This document shows positions 37,424 through 47,120 of a stretch of DNA of 64,000 nt, in pieces. The position numbers were made by a program, and so were the translations under genes. Origin of the DNA: Vulcanimicrobiota bacterium. Its GTDB lineage: Bacteria > Vulcanimicrobiota > Vulcanimicrobiia > Vulcanimicrobiales > Vulcanimicrobiaceae. Every line of letters starts with the position of its first letter. Position 1 is the first letter of the stretch. The stretch spans positions 1,472,001 through 1,536,000 of the forward strand of contig OY970223.1 in assembly GCA_963714015.1 (NCBI GenBank). Direction: 5' to 3'. The notes below the pieces were generated by a model that made no database searches, was not told the origin of the DNA, and saw only the letters and a list, made by a program, of their open reading frames with translations.

Positions 37424-38944
37424 CTACTGCATGAGCGACTTCATGTAAAGCATATGACTCGAATAGTCGAAGATCAGATCGAAATTCGAGAGCATATTTC
37501 GCCCGATTAACCCGTCATAATCGGTATCCTCAAACCGGTTGCTCTGCGCGACCATGACCGAGGCGTCCGCGAATTCCATACTGCCGATTGCGAAGCGGCT
37601 GAACGTGTACTTTCGAAAGTCGACGCGCTGTCCCGCGACACCCTCCACTTGACCCAGAACGTCTCCTTGCCCGTTCGGCTTAAACCGGTGAAAATAATGA
37701 TCGTAAAGCATCGTATCATCGGCTCCTAAATCGATCACGAACGCACCAGCGACGCCGTTGAACTCCGCGCGAGCCCGAGGCACCAAGTCGTCAGTTTGGA
37801 TTGGAACCCCGACCCAAGGCGCGGTCATCGGAGAAGCTGACGGAGCAAGCATTTCCAACCGGTTTTGGGCAAAATCGACCGCGATCCGAGCACTCGAGAA
37901 GAAGTCGCCTCCGAGCAAACCCACCACTTTTCTATCGCCCAGCATTCGAGTAAAGGGAATTGCTAGAGCTGCGACGTCGTTTGCGTGCAGATCGCCCAGA
38001 GCCAGCTCCGGAAATCGCGTGCGTCCCTCCGAATAGTCGCCGCCGAAAGACGCCTTACGGACGTCTGCAATACGCAATCCCAGCTGCTGCGCTACACCGG
38101 AATCGATCACGATACCGGAGGATCCCGAGTCCAACTGAAAGTCCAAGCCGCGATTTCCGACGGTTACCCGAACGATGATTCCGCGATCGGTAAAGTCCGC
38201 CGGTACCTCGACCGAGCTGCGGCCGCCGAGATCGAAGACCGGCCGGCTTGGTGGGATCGCGAAGTTTACCGAGGAGGGACTGACCGGTTCGAACGTTTGT
38301 ACGCGAGCCGTCCAGGCATTTTCCGGCTCAGCGTCGGCATACGAGATGCTTGACGCGTACGTAACCCCGTATTGCTTGCGATAATCGCCGTACGTGTAGG
38401 AGTATTGCCGGCCGTCGTACCCGGTGGTTTCGACCCGATGGAGCAGAAACGTGGAAGCATCGTAGTAACGCCTCTGCAGTAACCCGCTAAGCGGTTTAAG
38501 TTCGAGCACGACGTAGGCGGGATCGCCGGTCGTAATCCCGAGCACGTGTATGTCCGACTGCGCAGAGCTCGCGTTTTCGATCGCGTTTCTGAACGGATTT
38601 TCGATCGTATGGAAGTCGTCGGTGAGCATGACGGTGCCGTTTGCGTCCCGATCCCAAGAAATGCCGTGATACGATCCCGATGCGGTCTCGAATCCGCCGT
38701 CATCCACTTTTTCAACGTTGTCCTGGTCGTCTTGATAACTGTCGGTTTGCCAGGTGTCACCATTCGCACCCGTCGATTGCACAACGCGGTGATAGACGCC
38801 GCGGACTACCTCTCCGCGCGCAGCGGACGCCTTGGATAATACTTGAGCCGGGGTCATCGACGTGGGCGCGTAGGTTTCGTCGGCTTGCGCAACGGAACAC
38901 GCAAAAGCCGCCGCAATCAAAGACCCGGTAAACCAGAACTTCAT
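37424..38944 (-). CDS. Secreted protein with two retropepsin-like aspartyl protease domains
   Basis: Signal peptide; FQLDSGSS...GLLGGDF and FVIDLGAD...GLIGRNML. Confidence 0.78.
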   Translation of the reverse strand: MKFWFTGSLIAAAFACSVAQADETYAPTSMTPAQVLSKASAARGEVVRGVYHRVVQSTGANGDTWQTDSYQDDQDNVEKVDDGGFETASGSYHGISWDRDANGTVMLTDDFHTIENPFRNAIENASSAQSDIHVLGITTGDPAYVVLELKPLSGLLQRRYYDASTFLLHRVETTGYDGRQYSYTYGDYRKQYGVTYASSISYADAEPENAWTARVQTFEPVSPSSVNFAIPPSRPVFDLGGRSSVEVPADFTDRGIIVRVTVGNRGLDFQLDSGSSGIVIDSGVAQQLGLRIADVRKASFGGDYSEGRTRFPELALGDLHANDVAALAIPFTRMLGDRKVVGLLGGDFFSSARIAVDFAQNRLEMLAPSASPMTAPWVGVPIQTDDLVPRARAEFNGVAGAFVIDLGADDTMLYDHYFHRFKPNGQGDVLGQVEGVAGQRVDFRKYTFSRFAIGSMEFADASVMVAQSNRFEDTDYDGLIGRNMLSNFDLIFDYSSHMLYMKSLMQ

Positions 38945-38996
38945 ACCGGCAAATTCAGTGCGAAGCGCCCGCGGCCCCGCTCAAACGCACGATTTT

Positions 38997-39971
38997 TCAG
39001 CGCTGAGGGCGCAGAATTCGAGCGGCCGTGAGCGTGCCGTAGATCAACGCCAGACCGCAGCCGACGACCGCGGCCGTAAACCCGGTTACGATCGACACCG
39101 AACCGGGCGCGCTGGTAAAGATATCCAGCCCTCCGGATCCGCGCGGAAAGCCCGGGAGTAAATAGGGAAAGATCGTTTCGGCGGCGCTCGCGACGATAGC
39201 CGCGAGGAAGATCGAAGATCCCCCGAACTTGCCCAGAGCGCTCGGTATAAAACGGACAGCGGCCAAAGAAACGAGCGCGCACACCGGCGCAATCGCCGAA
39301 AGCAGGCCGATCGAAATAGTGTGAATCCGCATCGTCGAAATGGTGACTGCGAGGTAGAGCGCAAGCGCCGCGAACCAGAGCGCATCGCGTGATTTGCCGG
39401 CACGCGCCGCAACCGCCGGATCGTCTATTCGCAGCACCGCGTATGCGCTCCCATGCATCGCCAGCGCGGCGACCGCCAGTAAACCGACGGCCGCGGCGTA
39501 GGGATTCAACAAGAAGCCGAACGTGCCGTTGAAGTAGCCGGCCGCATCGAGCGGCACGCCGCGCACGATATTTCCCAGTGCCAGACCGAAGAGCAGCGCC
39601 AGCAGCGCGCTTGAAAGAAACAATACCGCGTCCCAAAAGCCGCGCCAAAGTTCCGAAGGGAAGTGATTGCGCAGTTCCATTGCCATGCCGCGCCCCATCA
39701 GCAGCCACAGCACGATGATGAACGGAAGATAGAAACCGCTGAACGAGGCGGCGTACGCCTTCGGAAAGATTGCGAACAGCGTCGCGGCAGCGGCGATCAG
39801 CACGACTTCGTTGCCGTTCCAGAAGGGCGCGATCGCCGTCAGCGAGGCGGCGCGCTCGCGGTCCGTTCTTGCAAAGAAAAGATACGCGGTTCCGAGCCCC
39901 AAATCCCAGCCGTCGAGTACGACGTACGCCGCGAGCATTGCCGCGATCAAGACGAAAGCGGCGACGTTCAT
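38997..39971 (-). CDS. cydB: Cytochrome bd oxidase subunit II
   Basis: YVVLDGWDLG, PFWNGNEV, FPKAYA, RGMAMELR. Confidence 0.93.
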   Translation of the reverse strand: MNVAAFVLIAAMLAAYVVLDGWDLGLGTAYLFFARTDRERAASLTAIAPFWNGNEVVLIAAAATLFAIFPKAYAASFSGFYLPFIIVLWLLMGRGMAMELRNHFPSELWRGFWDAVLFLSSALLALLFGLALGNIVRGVPLDAAGYFNGTFGFLLNPYAAAVGLLAVAALAMHGSAYAVLRIDDPAVAARAGKSRDALWFAALALYLAVTISTMRIHTISIGLLSAIAPVCALVSLAAVRFIPSALGKFGGSSIFLAAIVASAAETIFPYLLPGFPRGSGGLDIFTSAPGSVSIVTGFTAAVVGCGLALIYGTLTAARILRPQR

Positions 39972-41281
39972 GCGACGCCCTCGCCTATCTCACGAAGGAC
40001 CAAGACCAAGAAGAGCACGCCGAGCAAAAAGTAAATGCCGGTAAAGCCGATGGCGGTGAATATTGCTTCGCCCGCAGCCACGTTCGGCGAGCCGCCTTGT
40101 GCCGTTCGCATAAGGCCGTAGATGATCCATGGCTGGCGGCCGACCTCGGTCGTTACCCAGCCGGCTTCGTTTGCGACGTACGGAAAGGGCATCGCCAGCA
40201 TCAGCGCCCACAGGAGTGCGCGGCTTGCGTAGAGTCGGCCGAAAATCAGCAGCAGCGCCGACCCGCCCATGATCGCGATGAAGATCGTCCCAAGGCCAAC
40301 CATGATGTGGTAGGCATAGTACGTCAGCTCCACCGGAGGGCGCAGTTCCTTCGGATAGGACGTCAGCCCTTGGACGTTTGCCGTAAAATTGCCGTAGGCA
40401 AGAAAACTCAGGAGATCCGGAACGTAGACGGGATCGATGAGCGCGCTATGCTGAACGTCCGGCATGCCGATAATCGCGAGCGGGGCGCCGCGTTCGTTGT
40501 GGAACAGTCCTTCCATTGCCGCAAGCTTCACGGGCTGCGAGTGCGTCACGTCGGCACCGTTGCGATCGCCCGTGGGAAAAACGGCGATCAGCGATCCGGC
40601 CAACCCCGCGGCAACGCCGGCCCGGACGAAGCGTCTCCCAAAATCCGGCTCCCGCCCGCTGAGCAAATAATACGCGCCCACGCCGGCGACGATGAAACTG
40701 CCGGCGACGAACGCGCCCGTCATTACGTGCGCGTACTGCCACCAGGCGAACGGCGAGAGCAGCACCGTGCCGATGGATTTAAGCACCAGCACGCCGTTCG
40801 GTCCGACGGCGTAGCCCACCGGATGCTGCATAAACGCATCGGTAACGACGATGAAGAAACCCGAGAGCCACGATCCGATCCAGAGCATGACGGCGGAGAG
40901 CGCATAAAATCCGGGCCTGACCGTATCGCGGGCGTAGATAAAAACGCCGAGAAACACCGACTCGAGTAAGAAAGCGAAGACGCTCTCCATCATCAGCGGC
41001 TGACCGACGATCGCTCCGGCAGCGGTCGAAAACGCCGCCCAATTGGTTCCGAACTGAAACTCCATCGGAATACCGGTGACGACGCCCGCCGCAAAATTTA
41101 TCGTGAAGATCTTCGTGAAGAAACGAGCCGCGCGCATTGCGTCGGGATCGCCGGTTCGAACGCTCGTCACGGCGAAGTAGGCGATGAACGGCGCAAGGCC
41201 CATCGTTCCGATCGGGAAGAGATAGTGGAACATGATCGTGAACGCGAATTGGATCCGATCGGCCAGTATCGCACTCTGCAT
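39968..41281 (-). CDS. cydA: Cytochrome bd oxidase subunit I
   Basis: RIQFAFTIMFHYLF, GIPMEFQFGTNW, QPVKLAAMEG, GWVTTEVGRQPW. Confidence 0.95.
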   Translation of the reverse strand: MQSAILADRIQFAFTIMFHYLFPIGTMGLAPFIAYFAVTSVRTGDPDAMRAARFFTKIFTINFAAGVVTGIPMEFQFGTNWAAFSTAAGAIVGQPLMMESVFAFLLESVFLGVFIYARDTVRPGFYALSAVMLWIGSWLSGFFIVVTDAFMQHPVGYAVGPNGVLVLKSIGTVLLSPFAWWQYAHVMTGAFVAGSFIVAGVGAYYLLSGREPDFGRRFVRAGVAAGLAGSLIAVFPTGDRNGADVTHSQPVKLAAMEGLFHNERGAPLAIIGMPDVQHSALIDPVYVPDLLSFLAYGNFTANVQGLTSYPKELRPPVELTYYAYHIMVGLGTIFIAIMGGSALLLIFGRLYASRALLWALMLAMPFPYVANEAGWVTTEVGRQPWIIYGLMRTAQGGSPNVAAGEAIFTAIGFTGIYFLLGVLFLVLVLREIGEGVA

Positions 41282-41382
41282 CGCGACCCTCCGCAGATTA
41301 CGGTAGACCCGCGCGCCTAGCGGCACCTCCTGCTTAAGTCGCTCCAGGTCCGTCCGAACTGCGGCGAGAAGCGGCTCGGCAC

Positions 41383-42543
41383 ATGGTTGCCGGAATAGAC
41401 GCGCCCCTCGACGATCTGGTGCGGCATCGCCGCCACTTTCACATGCATCCCGAACTTTCGATGAAAGAAACGGGCACCGCGGCGTATATCGAACGCGAGC
41501 TGCGCGCGCTCCAGCTCGACGAGATTCGAACCGGCGTGGGGCAGACCGGTGTGATGGGCACGCTCCGCGGTGGACGGCCCGGCCCCGTGACGCTGCTGCG
41601 CGCGGATATCGACGCGCTTCCCGTGACGGAGACTGCCGACGTTCCATACCGGTCGCAGCATCCCGGCGTGATGCACGCATGCGGACACGACGCGCACATC
41701 GCAATTTTGCTCGCATCGGCAAAAGAACTTTCAGCGCGGCGCGCCGAGATCCACGGTACGCTGGTCTTTTGCTTTCAGCCCGGCGAGGAAGGGTTCGCGG
41801 GCAACAAGCTGATGATCGAAGACGGAGCTCTCGAGAATCCGCACGTCGATCGCTGCTTTGCGCTTCACGTTTTCAGCGGCCTGGAAGTTGGGAAGATCGG
41901 CGTGCGCGACGGCCCGTTCTTTGCCTCGTCCGACGAATTTCACTTGACGATTCGCGGAAAGGGCGGACACGGGGCGATGCCCGAGCGCGCGATCGATCCG
42001 ATCGTCGCCGGCGCGCATTTCGTAACCATGCTGCAGACGATTGTGAGCCGTGAAGTCGCACCGAAGAATCCGGCCGTCTTTACCGTCGGCAAATTCCAGG
42101 CGGGCTCGACCTTCAACGTGATTCCGAATGAGGCGGAGATGGAAGGGACCGTGCGCAGCTTCGATGCCGAGGTGCGCGCGTCGATGCCGGAGCGGATGGA
42201 GCGGATCCTCAAAGGCCTAGCCGAGGCGATGCGCGTCGATTACGATCTCAAGTACCGTTACGGCTATCCCCCGACTGTGAACGACCCGGCGATGAACGAG
42301 ATCGTACGTGACGTGGGAGCACGCATGCTGGGACGCAAGAACGTCGCCTATCCGCACGATATCGTGATGTGGGCAGAGGATATGTCGTACATGCTCGAAC
42401 AGCGGCCGGGATCGTATTTCATCGTCGGCGCGCGCGGACCCAAACTCGGCGTGTATCCGCAGCACAGCGCGAGTTATGACATCGACGAGAACGCGCTCGA
42501 AGCGGGCTTCAAAATGATGGTGGGCCTAGGTCTGCACGCATAG
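41383..42543 (+). CDS. M20D amidohydrolase
   Basis: RRHFHMHPEL, RADIDALP, MHACGHDAH, FQPGEEG, GKGGHG, AED. Confidence 0.92.
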   Translation: MVAGIDAPLDDLVRHRRHFHMHPELSMKETGTAAYIERELRALQLDEIRTGVGQTGVMGTLRGGRPGPVTLLRADIDALPVTETADVPYRSQHPGVMHACGHDAHIAILLASAKELSARRAEIHGTLVFCFQPGEEGFAGNKLMIEDGALENPHVDRCFALHVFSGLEVGKIGVRDGPFFASSDEFHLTIRGKGGHGAMPERAIDPIVAGAHFVTMLQTIVSREVAPKNPAVFTVGKFQAGSTFNVIPNEAEMEGTVRSFDAEVRASMPERMERILKGLAEAMRVDYDLKYRYGYPPTVNDPAMNEIVRDVGARMLGRKNVAYPHDIVMWAEDMSYMLEQRPGSYFIVGARGPKLGVYPQHSASYDIDENALEAGFKMMVGLGLHA

Positions 42544-42587
42544 CCCGCGCGGCGGTGACTGACGCCGTGGCGAGTTGCGCCCAGCCC

Positions 42588-42755
42588 CTAATCCGGATGC
42601 CGGTCGATGTCCTCGCGGATTGCGCCGGCGGTTTTTTCGGCGTACTGCCGCAGCTTGTCGGCGCCTTTGCGCAGGAGTCCGCCTAGCTGTGAGACGGCCT
42701 CTTCGGCCTGTGCCTGCGTTTGCTTGACCGCTTCTTGAAATTTGTCTTCGTTCAT
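42588..42755 (-). CDS. Small helical hypothetical protein (55 aa)
   Basis: MNEDKFQEAVKQTQAQAEE...; ATGA-coupled to the upstream ORF. Confidence 0.55.
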   Translation of the reverse strand: MNEDKFQEAVKQTQAQAEEAVSQLGGLLRKGADKLRQYAEKTAGAIREDIDRHPD

Positions 42756-43090
42756 TCGGGCTCCGTCACTGTAAGTACCCAGCGGATCGCTCGAGCGTAC
42801 TGGTCCAGCTCTTGAACCGTGCGCCGCAGCCATGCGGTGGTCGTGTCCTCGTGCCTTTTGATACCCTGGAGCGCGTCCAACTGTTTCGCGTAGATGCGTG
42901 CCTGGTCGAGTTGCTCCTCGATCTGCGGCCACCGCGTGCGAAGCGTCTGCTCCGACGCATCGGGAGGTCGGTCGATGATCGGCGGAGCCTGGGCTTGCGG
43001 GTGGCCTATGGCAAACTCCAGACGCGCGAGCGCGTAGTCGCCGCTCACGCGGATGAACGAAGCCAGCAGTTGTACTAGGCGCACCTCCAT
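42752..43090 (-). CDS. Hypothetical protein (112 aa)
   Basis: MEVRLVQLLASFIRVSGDYALARLEF..., the 3' part of ORF 42752..44044 that does not overlap the + strand gene. Confidence 0.6.
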   Translation of the reverse strand: MEVRLVQLLASFIRVSGDYALARLEFAIGHPQAQAPPIIDRPPDASEQTLRTRWPQIEEQLDQARIYAKQLDALQGIKRHEDTTTAWLRRTVQELDQYARAIRWVLTVTEPE

Positions 43091-43129
43091 CGCGGGAGCG
43101 CTTCTGCGTCTCGCCGAACGGGGCCCCTC

Positions 43130-44371
43130 GTGAATTCGGTGGGAGATAACAGGCGGTACGTCATCGTCGGGAATGGCTTTGCCGGAACGACCGCCGCCGA
43201 ACAGCTGCGCAAACACGACCCCACCTGCAGCATCACCCTGTTTACCGACGAGCCATATACGCTGTACAACCGGATAGCGCTGCCTCCGCTGCTTCGCAAG
43301 CAGGTCACGCAGCAGAAGGTGATCATGCGGGACGTCGCATGGCACGAGAAGCAAGTCATCGATCTGCATCTGCGGACCCGAGTCGAGAAAGTCGTTCCCG
43401 AAGAGCGCGTGATAATGGCGAACGGCAAATCGTATCCGTACGACGCGCTGCTGGTTGCCACCGGCGGACGGCCAAATGCGCATCCGGCGCCCGGGTGCGA
43501 CGGCGCCAACGTTTATAACTTTCAGTACATGGACGACACGCTCGCAATCTCCCAGGAACTGGAGACCGCGAAGGCCGGCGTCGCGATCGGCGGTTCCTTC
43601 ATCGCCTACGAGCTTGCGGAAGCGTTCATCTCGCGTAAGGTCGAGACGCACTGGATCATGCGCGGTCCGCGCGTCCTGCACCGCATGTTGGACGAGATCG
43701 CGGGCGAGCTGATCGACGAGGCCGCAAAGACCGACGGCGTGCACATGCATTATGGGGACGAAATCATGGAATTCGTTCGCGACAACGGCGTCGTCAAGAA
43801 ACTGCGCACCAAGAACGGCGTCGAGATCGAGGCGCAGTGCTACGGCGTCGGCCTGGGACTGGCTTTGAACACGGAAGTGCTCGCCGGAAGCGGCGTCGAG
43901 ATCAGCAAGAACGGCATCCTTTGCGACGACCATCTGGAGACGAACGTCAAGGGCATCTTTGCCGCCGGAGACATCGCCGACTTTTACGATCCGATCCTCG
44001 AAATGCGCTATCGTATGGGAACGTGGAACAACGCCGGTGCGCACGGAAAAGTCGTCGCGCAGAACATGATGGGCGGCAGCGTATCGTACGACGACGTCCC
44101 CGAGTACTCGAGTCTGCTGTTCAAGGGCCAGACGATAACGCAGTTCGGGCTTTCGCCGGAATACCGGAGCGACATCGAGACCGTGTTTTCAGTCGATCGC
44201 GAGAAGAAGTGGTACCGCGCGCTTTACTTCTGGGAAGATCGTCTAGTCGGCGGCTGTTTCATGGGCAAAGGCAACCGCAGCGGTAAACGCAAGTACGTCG
44301 AGGCCATCAAATCCAAGCACCGCTATCCCAAACCGGAGTGGAAGACGATGCTCGAATGGACGCACGACTAG
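43130..44371 (+). CDS. NAD(P)/FAD-dependent oxidoreductase (ferredoxin/rubredoxin reductase-like)
   Basis: IVGNGFAG, YNRIALP, LLVATGG, IGGSFIAYE, IFAAGD. Confidence 0.88.
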   Translation: MNSVGDNRRYVIVGNGFAGTTAAEQLRKHDPTCSITLFTDEPYTLYNRIALPPLLRKQVTQQKVIMRDVAWHEKQVIDLHLRTRVEKVVPEERVIMANGKSYPYDALLVATGGRPNAHPAPGCDGANVYNFQYMDDTLAISQELETAKAGVAIGGSFIAYELAEAFISRKVETHWIMRGPRVLHRMLDEIAGELIDEAAKTDGVHMHYGDEIMEFVRDNGVVKKLRTKNGVEIEAQCYGVGLGLALNTEVLAGSGVEISKNGILCDDHLETNVKGIFAAGDIADFYDPILEMRYRMGTWNNAGAHGKVVAQNMMGGSVSYDDVPEYSSLLFKGQTITQFGLSPEYRSDIETVFSVDREKKWYRALYFWEDRLVGGCFMGKGNRSGKRKYVEAIKSKHRYPKPEWKTMLEWTHD

Positions 44372-44381
44372 AGCGCCGGAC

Positions 44382-45731
44382 TCAAACAGTGACGGTCGTT
44401 CCGCGGACGGCAACGTCGGCAGCCCAGCCGTATTTGGCGCGAACTATCCCGCAGAGGCTTTGCGCGGCCGGCGGATCGCCGTGCACCGCGTAGAAGTGCG
44501 GTTTGGCCGTACACGTGTCGAGCCAGCGCTGAATCTCGTCGCGATCGGCGTGCGCGCTGTAGCCGGTGATGTTGCCGGTTGCGGCTTGCACCGGCAGCAG
44601 ATCGCCGAAGATCCGAATCGTCTTCGCGCCCGACATGAGTATCGAGCCAAGCGTTCCGGCGCCCTGATAGCCGACGAATAAAATCGTCGCCTTCGGATCC
44701 GAGACGTGGTTGTACAGGTGATGCAGCACGCGCCCGCCGGCCGCCATGCCGCTGGCGGAGACGATCAGATGCGCGCCTGTTACGTGATTGATTGCTTTCG
44801 ATTGATCGGTCGTCACCGCAAGCGTGACATTGTCCGCGCCGAACGTCTTGCCGTTTTGTGCGGGAAGCGGTTTGCGCGCTTCCGGAAACTTCTCGAACAA
44901 CTCGTCGACCTTCTCGGCCATGGGACTGTCCAGATAGATCGGCAGCTGCGCGATCTGCGGATTGCGCGCTTGCAGCTGGCCCATTGAAAACAAAATTTCC
45001 TGGGTGCGTTCGACGGCGAATGCCGGGATGACGATCGCTCCGCCGCGTGCTATGGCCTGCACGAGCGTTTGTTCCAGGGTGCCGAGCGCATCCGGTGGAT
45101 GCACGCGATCCCCGTACGTCGACTCGCAGATCAGCGTCTGCGCCGGCCCCATGGGCGTGGGGTCGTAAAGAAGCGTGCGATTGTATCGCCCGGCATCGCC
45201 TGAAAACACGATCCTGTTCCCGTCTACGTCGATTTGGACAAACGCGGAGCCGATGATGTGCGCCGCATTCTGAAAAGTCGCGGTCATGCCGCAAACTTGA
45301 AACGGCTTTGCGAGATCGATAGCCTTCGTGAACTGGATCGTCCGCTGCACGTCCGCTTCGTTGTAGAACGGCGGAGGCGCATAATGCTCGTTGTGCATCC
45401 CTCGCTTGTGCAAGTGACTCTGCAGATTCACCGCGTCTTCGAGAACGATCGCCATCAGCGCACGCGTCGCCGGCGTCGCGTAAATGGTTCCACGGAATCC
45501 GTCGTGCACGAGTTTCGGCAAATAGCCGACATGATCGATATGACCGTGCGTGATGACGATGGATTGAAGCGATTTGGGATCGAACGGAAGCGGCAGCGAG
45601 TTCATCGCCGTAACGCTTTGCAGACCCTGGTATAAGCCGCAATCGACCAACAGGCTCTGTCCGTTGTTTTCGAGCAGATGTTTGCTGCCGGTGACGGTTC
45701 CGGCGGCGCCGATGAAAGTTAACTCAGGCAT
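44382..45731 (-). CDS. MBL/beta-CASP RNA-metabolising metallo-hydrolase
   Basis: GAAGTVTGS, THGHIDH, AHIIGSA, ESTYGDR, PAFAVERTQE, SASGM, SAHAD, VHGD. Confidence 0.9.
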   Translation of the reverse strand: MPELTFIGAAGTVTGSKHLLENNGQSLLVDCGLYQGLQSVTAMNSLPLPFDPKSLQSIVITHGHIDHVGYLPKLVHDGFRGTIYATPATRALMAIVLEDAVNLQSHLHKRGMHNEHYAPPPFYNEADVQRTIQFTKAIDLAKPFQVCGMTATFQNAAHIIGSAFVQIDVDGNRIVFSGDAGRYNRTLLYDPTPMGPAQTLICESTYGDRVHPPDALGTLEQTLVQAIARGGAIVIPAFAVERTQEILFSMGQLQARNPQIAQLPIYLDSPMAEKVDELFEKFPEARKPLPAQNGKTFGADNVTLAVTTDQSKAINHVTGAHLIVSASGMAAGGRVLHHLYNHVSDPKATILFVGYQGAGTLGSILMSGAKTIRIFGDLLPVQAATGNITGYSAHADRDEIQRWLDTCTAKPHFYAVHGDPPAAQSLCGIVRAKYGWAADVAVRGTTVTV

Positions 45732-46317
45732 GCGTCTCCTGCACGATCGGTCCGCGATCGAAGGCTTTGGAACTGGGCATGGACGACGTGCGCCATATCC
45801 CCAAACAACGATCCACCAGCTGCTCGGGATCGTCGTCGCTAATAATCGTCGATCCGGTGCTCTTTTTCACCAATTCGGCAATACGTTCGAATTCGTTGGA
45901 GATGCCGCCCGAGTCGCGCAGAACGCCGATGAGCTTGCCTTCGTCGTAGGCGATGCAGAACTCGCCGAGCGTTCCGCTGCGCCCGCCGACGAAGAGTACG
46001 AAGTCGGAGCTGTGAATGTTGTGCGTCTCGCGGCCCATCAATCCCGAGCCGGTAAAGACCATCGCGGTATACGGCTGGAGCGGCGAACCGTAAACCTGCA
46101 CGTGCTCTTCGCTCGAAAGCGCCGGAGATACGCCCAAGCTCACGCCGCCTAGTTCGTGCGCGCCTAAAACTGCAGCATGCGGTAAACCGGGACAAGCTCC
46201 CGTGACGATCGTGCAGTCGCGCCTTGCAATCTCGCGACCGAGCCGGCGCGCCAGATCCAACTGCGCATCGCTGATCGCCCCTCCGGCCGAACCCATGACG
46301 CCGACTTGAGTCTTCAT
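45724..46317 (-). CDS. LOG/SLOG-family nucleotide-binding protein (TIGR00725-like)
   Basis: GVMGSAG, VTGACPGLP, GLMGRETHN, GGRSGTLGE. Confidence 0.8.
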   Translation of the reverse strand: MKTQVGVMGSAGGAISDAQLDLARRLGREIARRDCTIVTGACPGLPHAAVLGAHELGGVSLGVSPALSSEEHVQVYGSPLQPYTAMVFTGSGLMGRETHNIHSSDFVLFVGGRSGTLGEFCIAYDEGKLIGVLRDSGGISNEFERIAELVKKSTGSTIISDDDPEQLVDRCLGIWRTSSMPSSKAFDRGPIVQETHA

Positions 46318-46355
46318 AAAATGAAAGCTCCTCCCGAACGACGCATACCGTTCGG

Positions 46356-47120
46356 GTGAACGACTACGGCGCCCTGGTGCGTAGATGGAAGGCGCTTCGC
46401 GCGCGGTACGACGTTACGGTACGTGAAGTGGCATGCGTCGGAGCCGGCCGCACGCTGCTCTGTGCAGAGAGTGCAAATGCGTCTGCGCCGCTTGTGGCAA
46501 TCGCCGCCGGCGTGCACGGCGACGAACCCGGGGGGCCTTGGGCGTTGCTGCATCTCGTTGAATGCAAAGAGCTCGACGATCGCTACGCGTACCGCATCTG
46601 GCCGTGCACCAATCCGAGCGGATTCGAGCTGGGAACGCGTGAGAACGCGGAAGGAATCGACGTGAACCGGAGCTTCGGCCGCGGAGGACAGACGCCGGAA
46701 GCGCGCGCTATTCTGACGGCAAACCGCGATCGGAAGTACGCTCTCTCGATCGATCTGCATGAAGACTGCGATGCGCGTGGATTCTACTGCTATGCGTACG
46801 TCGACGCGGCGTGTGCGCGCGCCGCAGTCGACGCCGTGCGCGAGGCCGGGTTCGCCATACAAGATCTCACGCAATGCGATCTCGGAGCGCCGTACCGGCA
46901 GACGGAACTGGACGACGGAGTCGTGCGTCCGGCTTCGGAAGAGGAAATCGCAGCCATCGGCGGCCTGTCCTATAACCTTTCCCTCATCCGGCATGCAGCC
47001 CAGCGGGCGCTCACGTTCGAGACGCCAAGCACGCTGCCGCTCGTCGAGAGGATTACCATTCACCGGATCGCGGTAAAGGCGGCGCTCCAGGCACTTTCGA
47101 AGCAGCAGCCTCATGGCTGA
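46356..47120 (+). CDS. M14-family metallocarboxypeptidase / AstE-AspA-like
   Basis: AGVHGDEPGG, NPSG, REN..GIDVNRSF, IDLHED, TFETPS. Confidence 0.85.
   Translation: MNDYGALVRRWKALRARYDVTVREVACVGAGRTLLCAESANASAPLVAIAAGVHGDEPGGPWALLHLVECKELDDRYAYRIWPCTNPSGFELGTRENAEGIDVNRSFGRGGQTPEARAILTANRDRKYALSIDLHEDCDARGFYCYAYVDAACARAAVDAVREAGFAIQDLTQCDLGAPYRQTELDDGVVRPASEEEIAAIGGLSYNLSLIRHAAQRALTFETPSTLPLVERITIHRIAVKAALQALSKQQPHG

Noticed and set aside
42752..44044. 430-aa minus-strand ORF and many similar long antisense ORFs (e.g. 6804..8042, 22937..24382, 60061..61122)
   Set aside because: Antisense shadows of well-supported GC-rich genes with no motifs; only the non-overlapping 3' part 42752..43090 was kept
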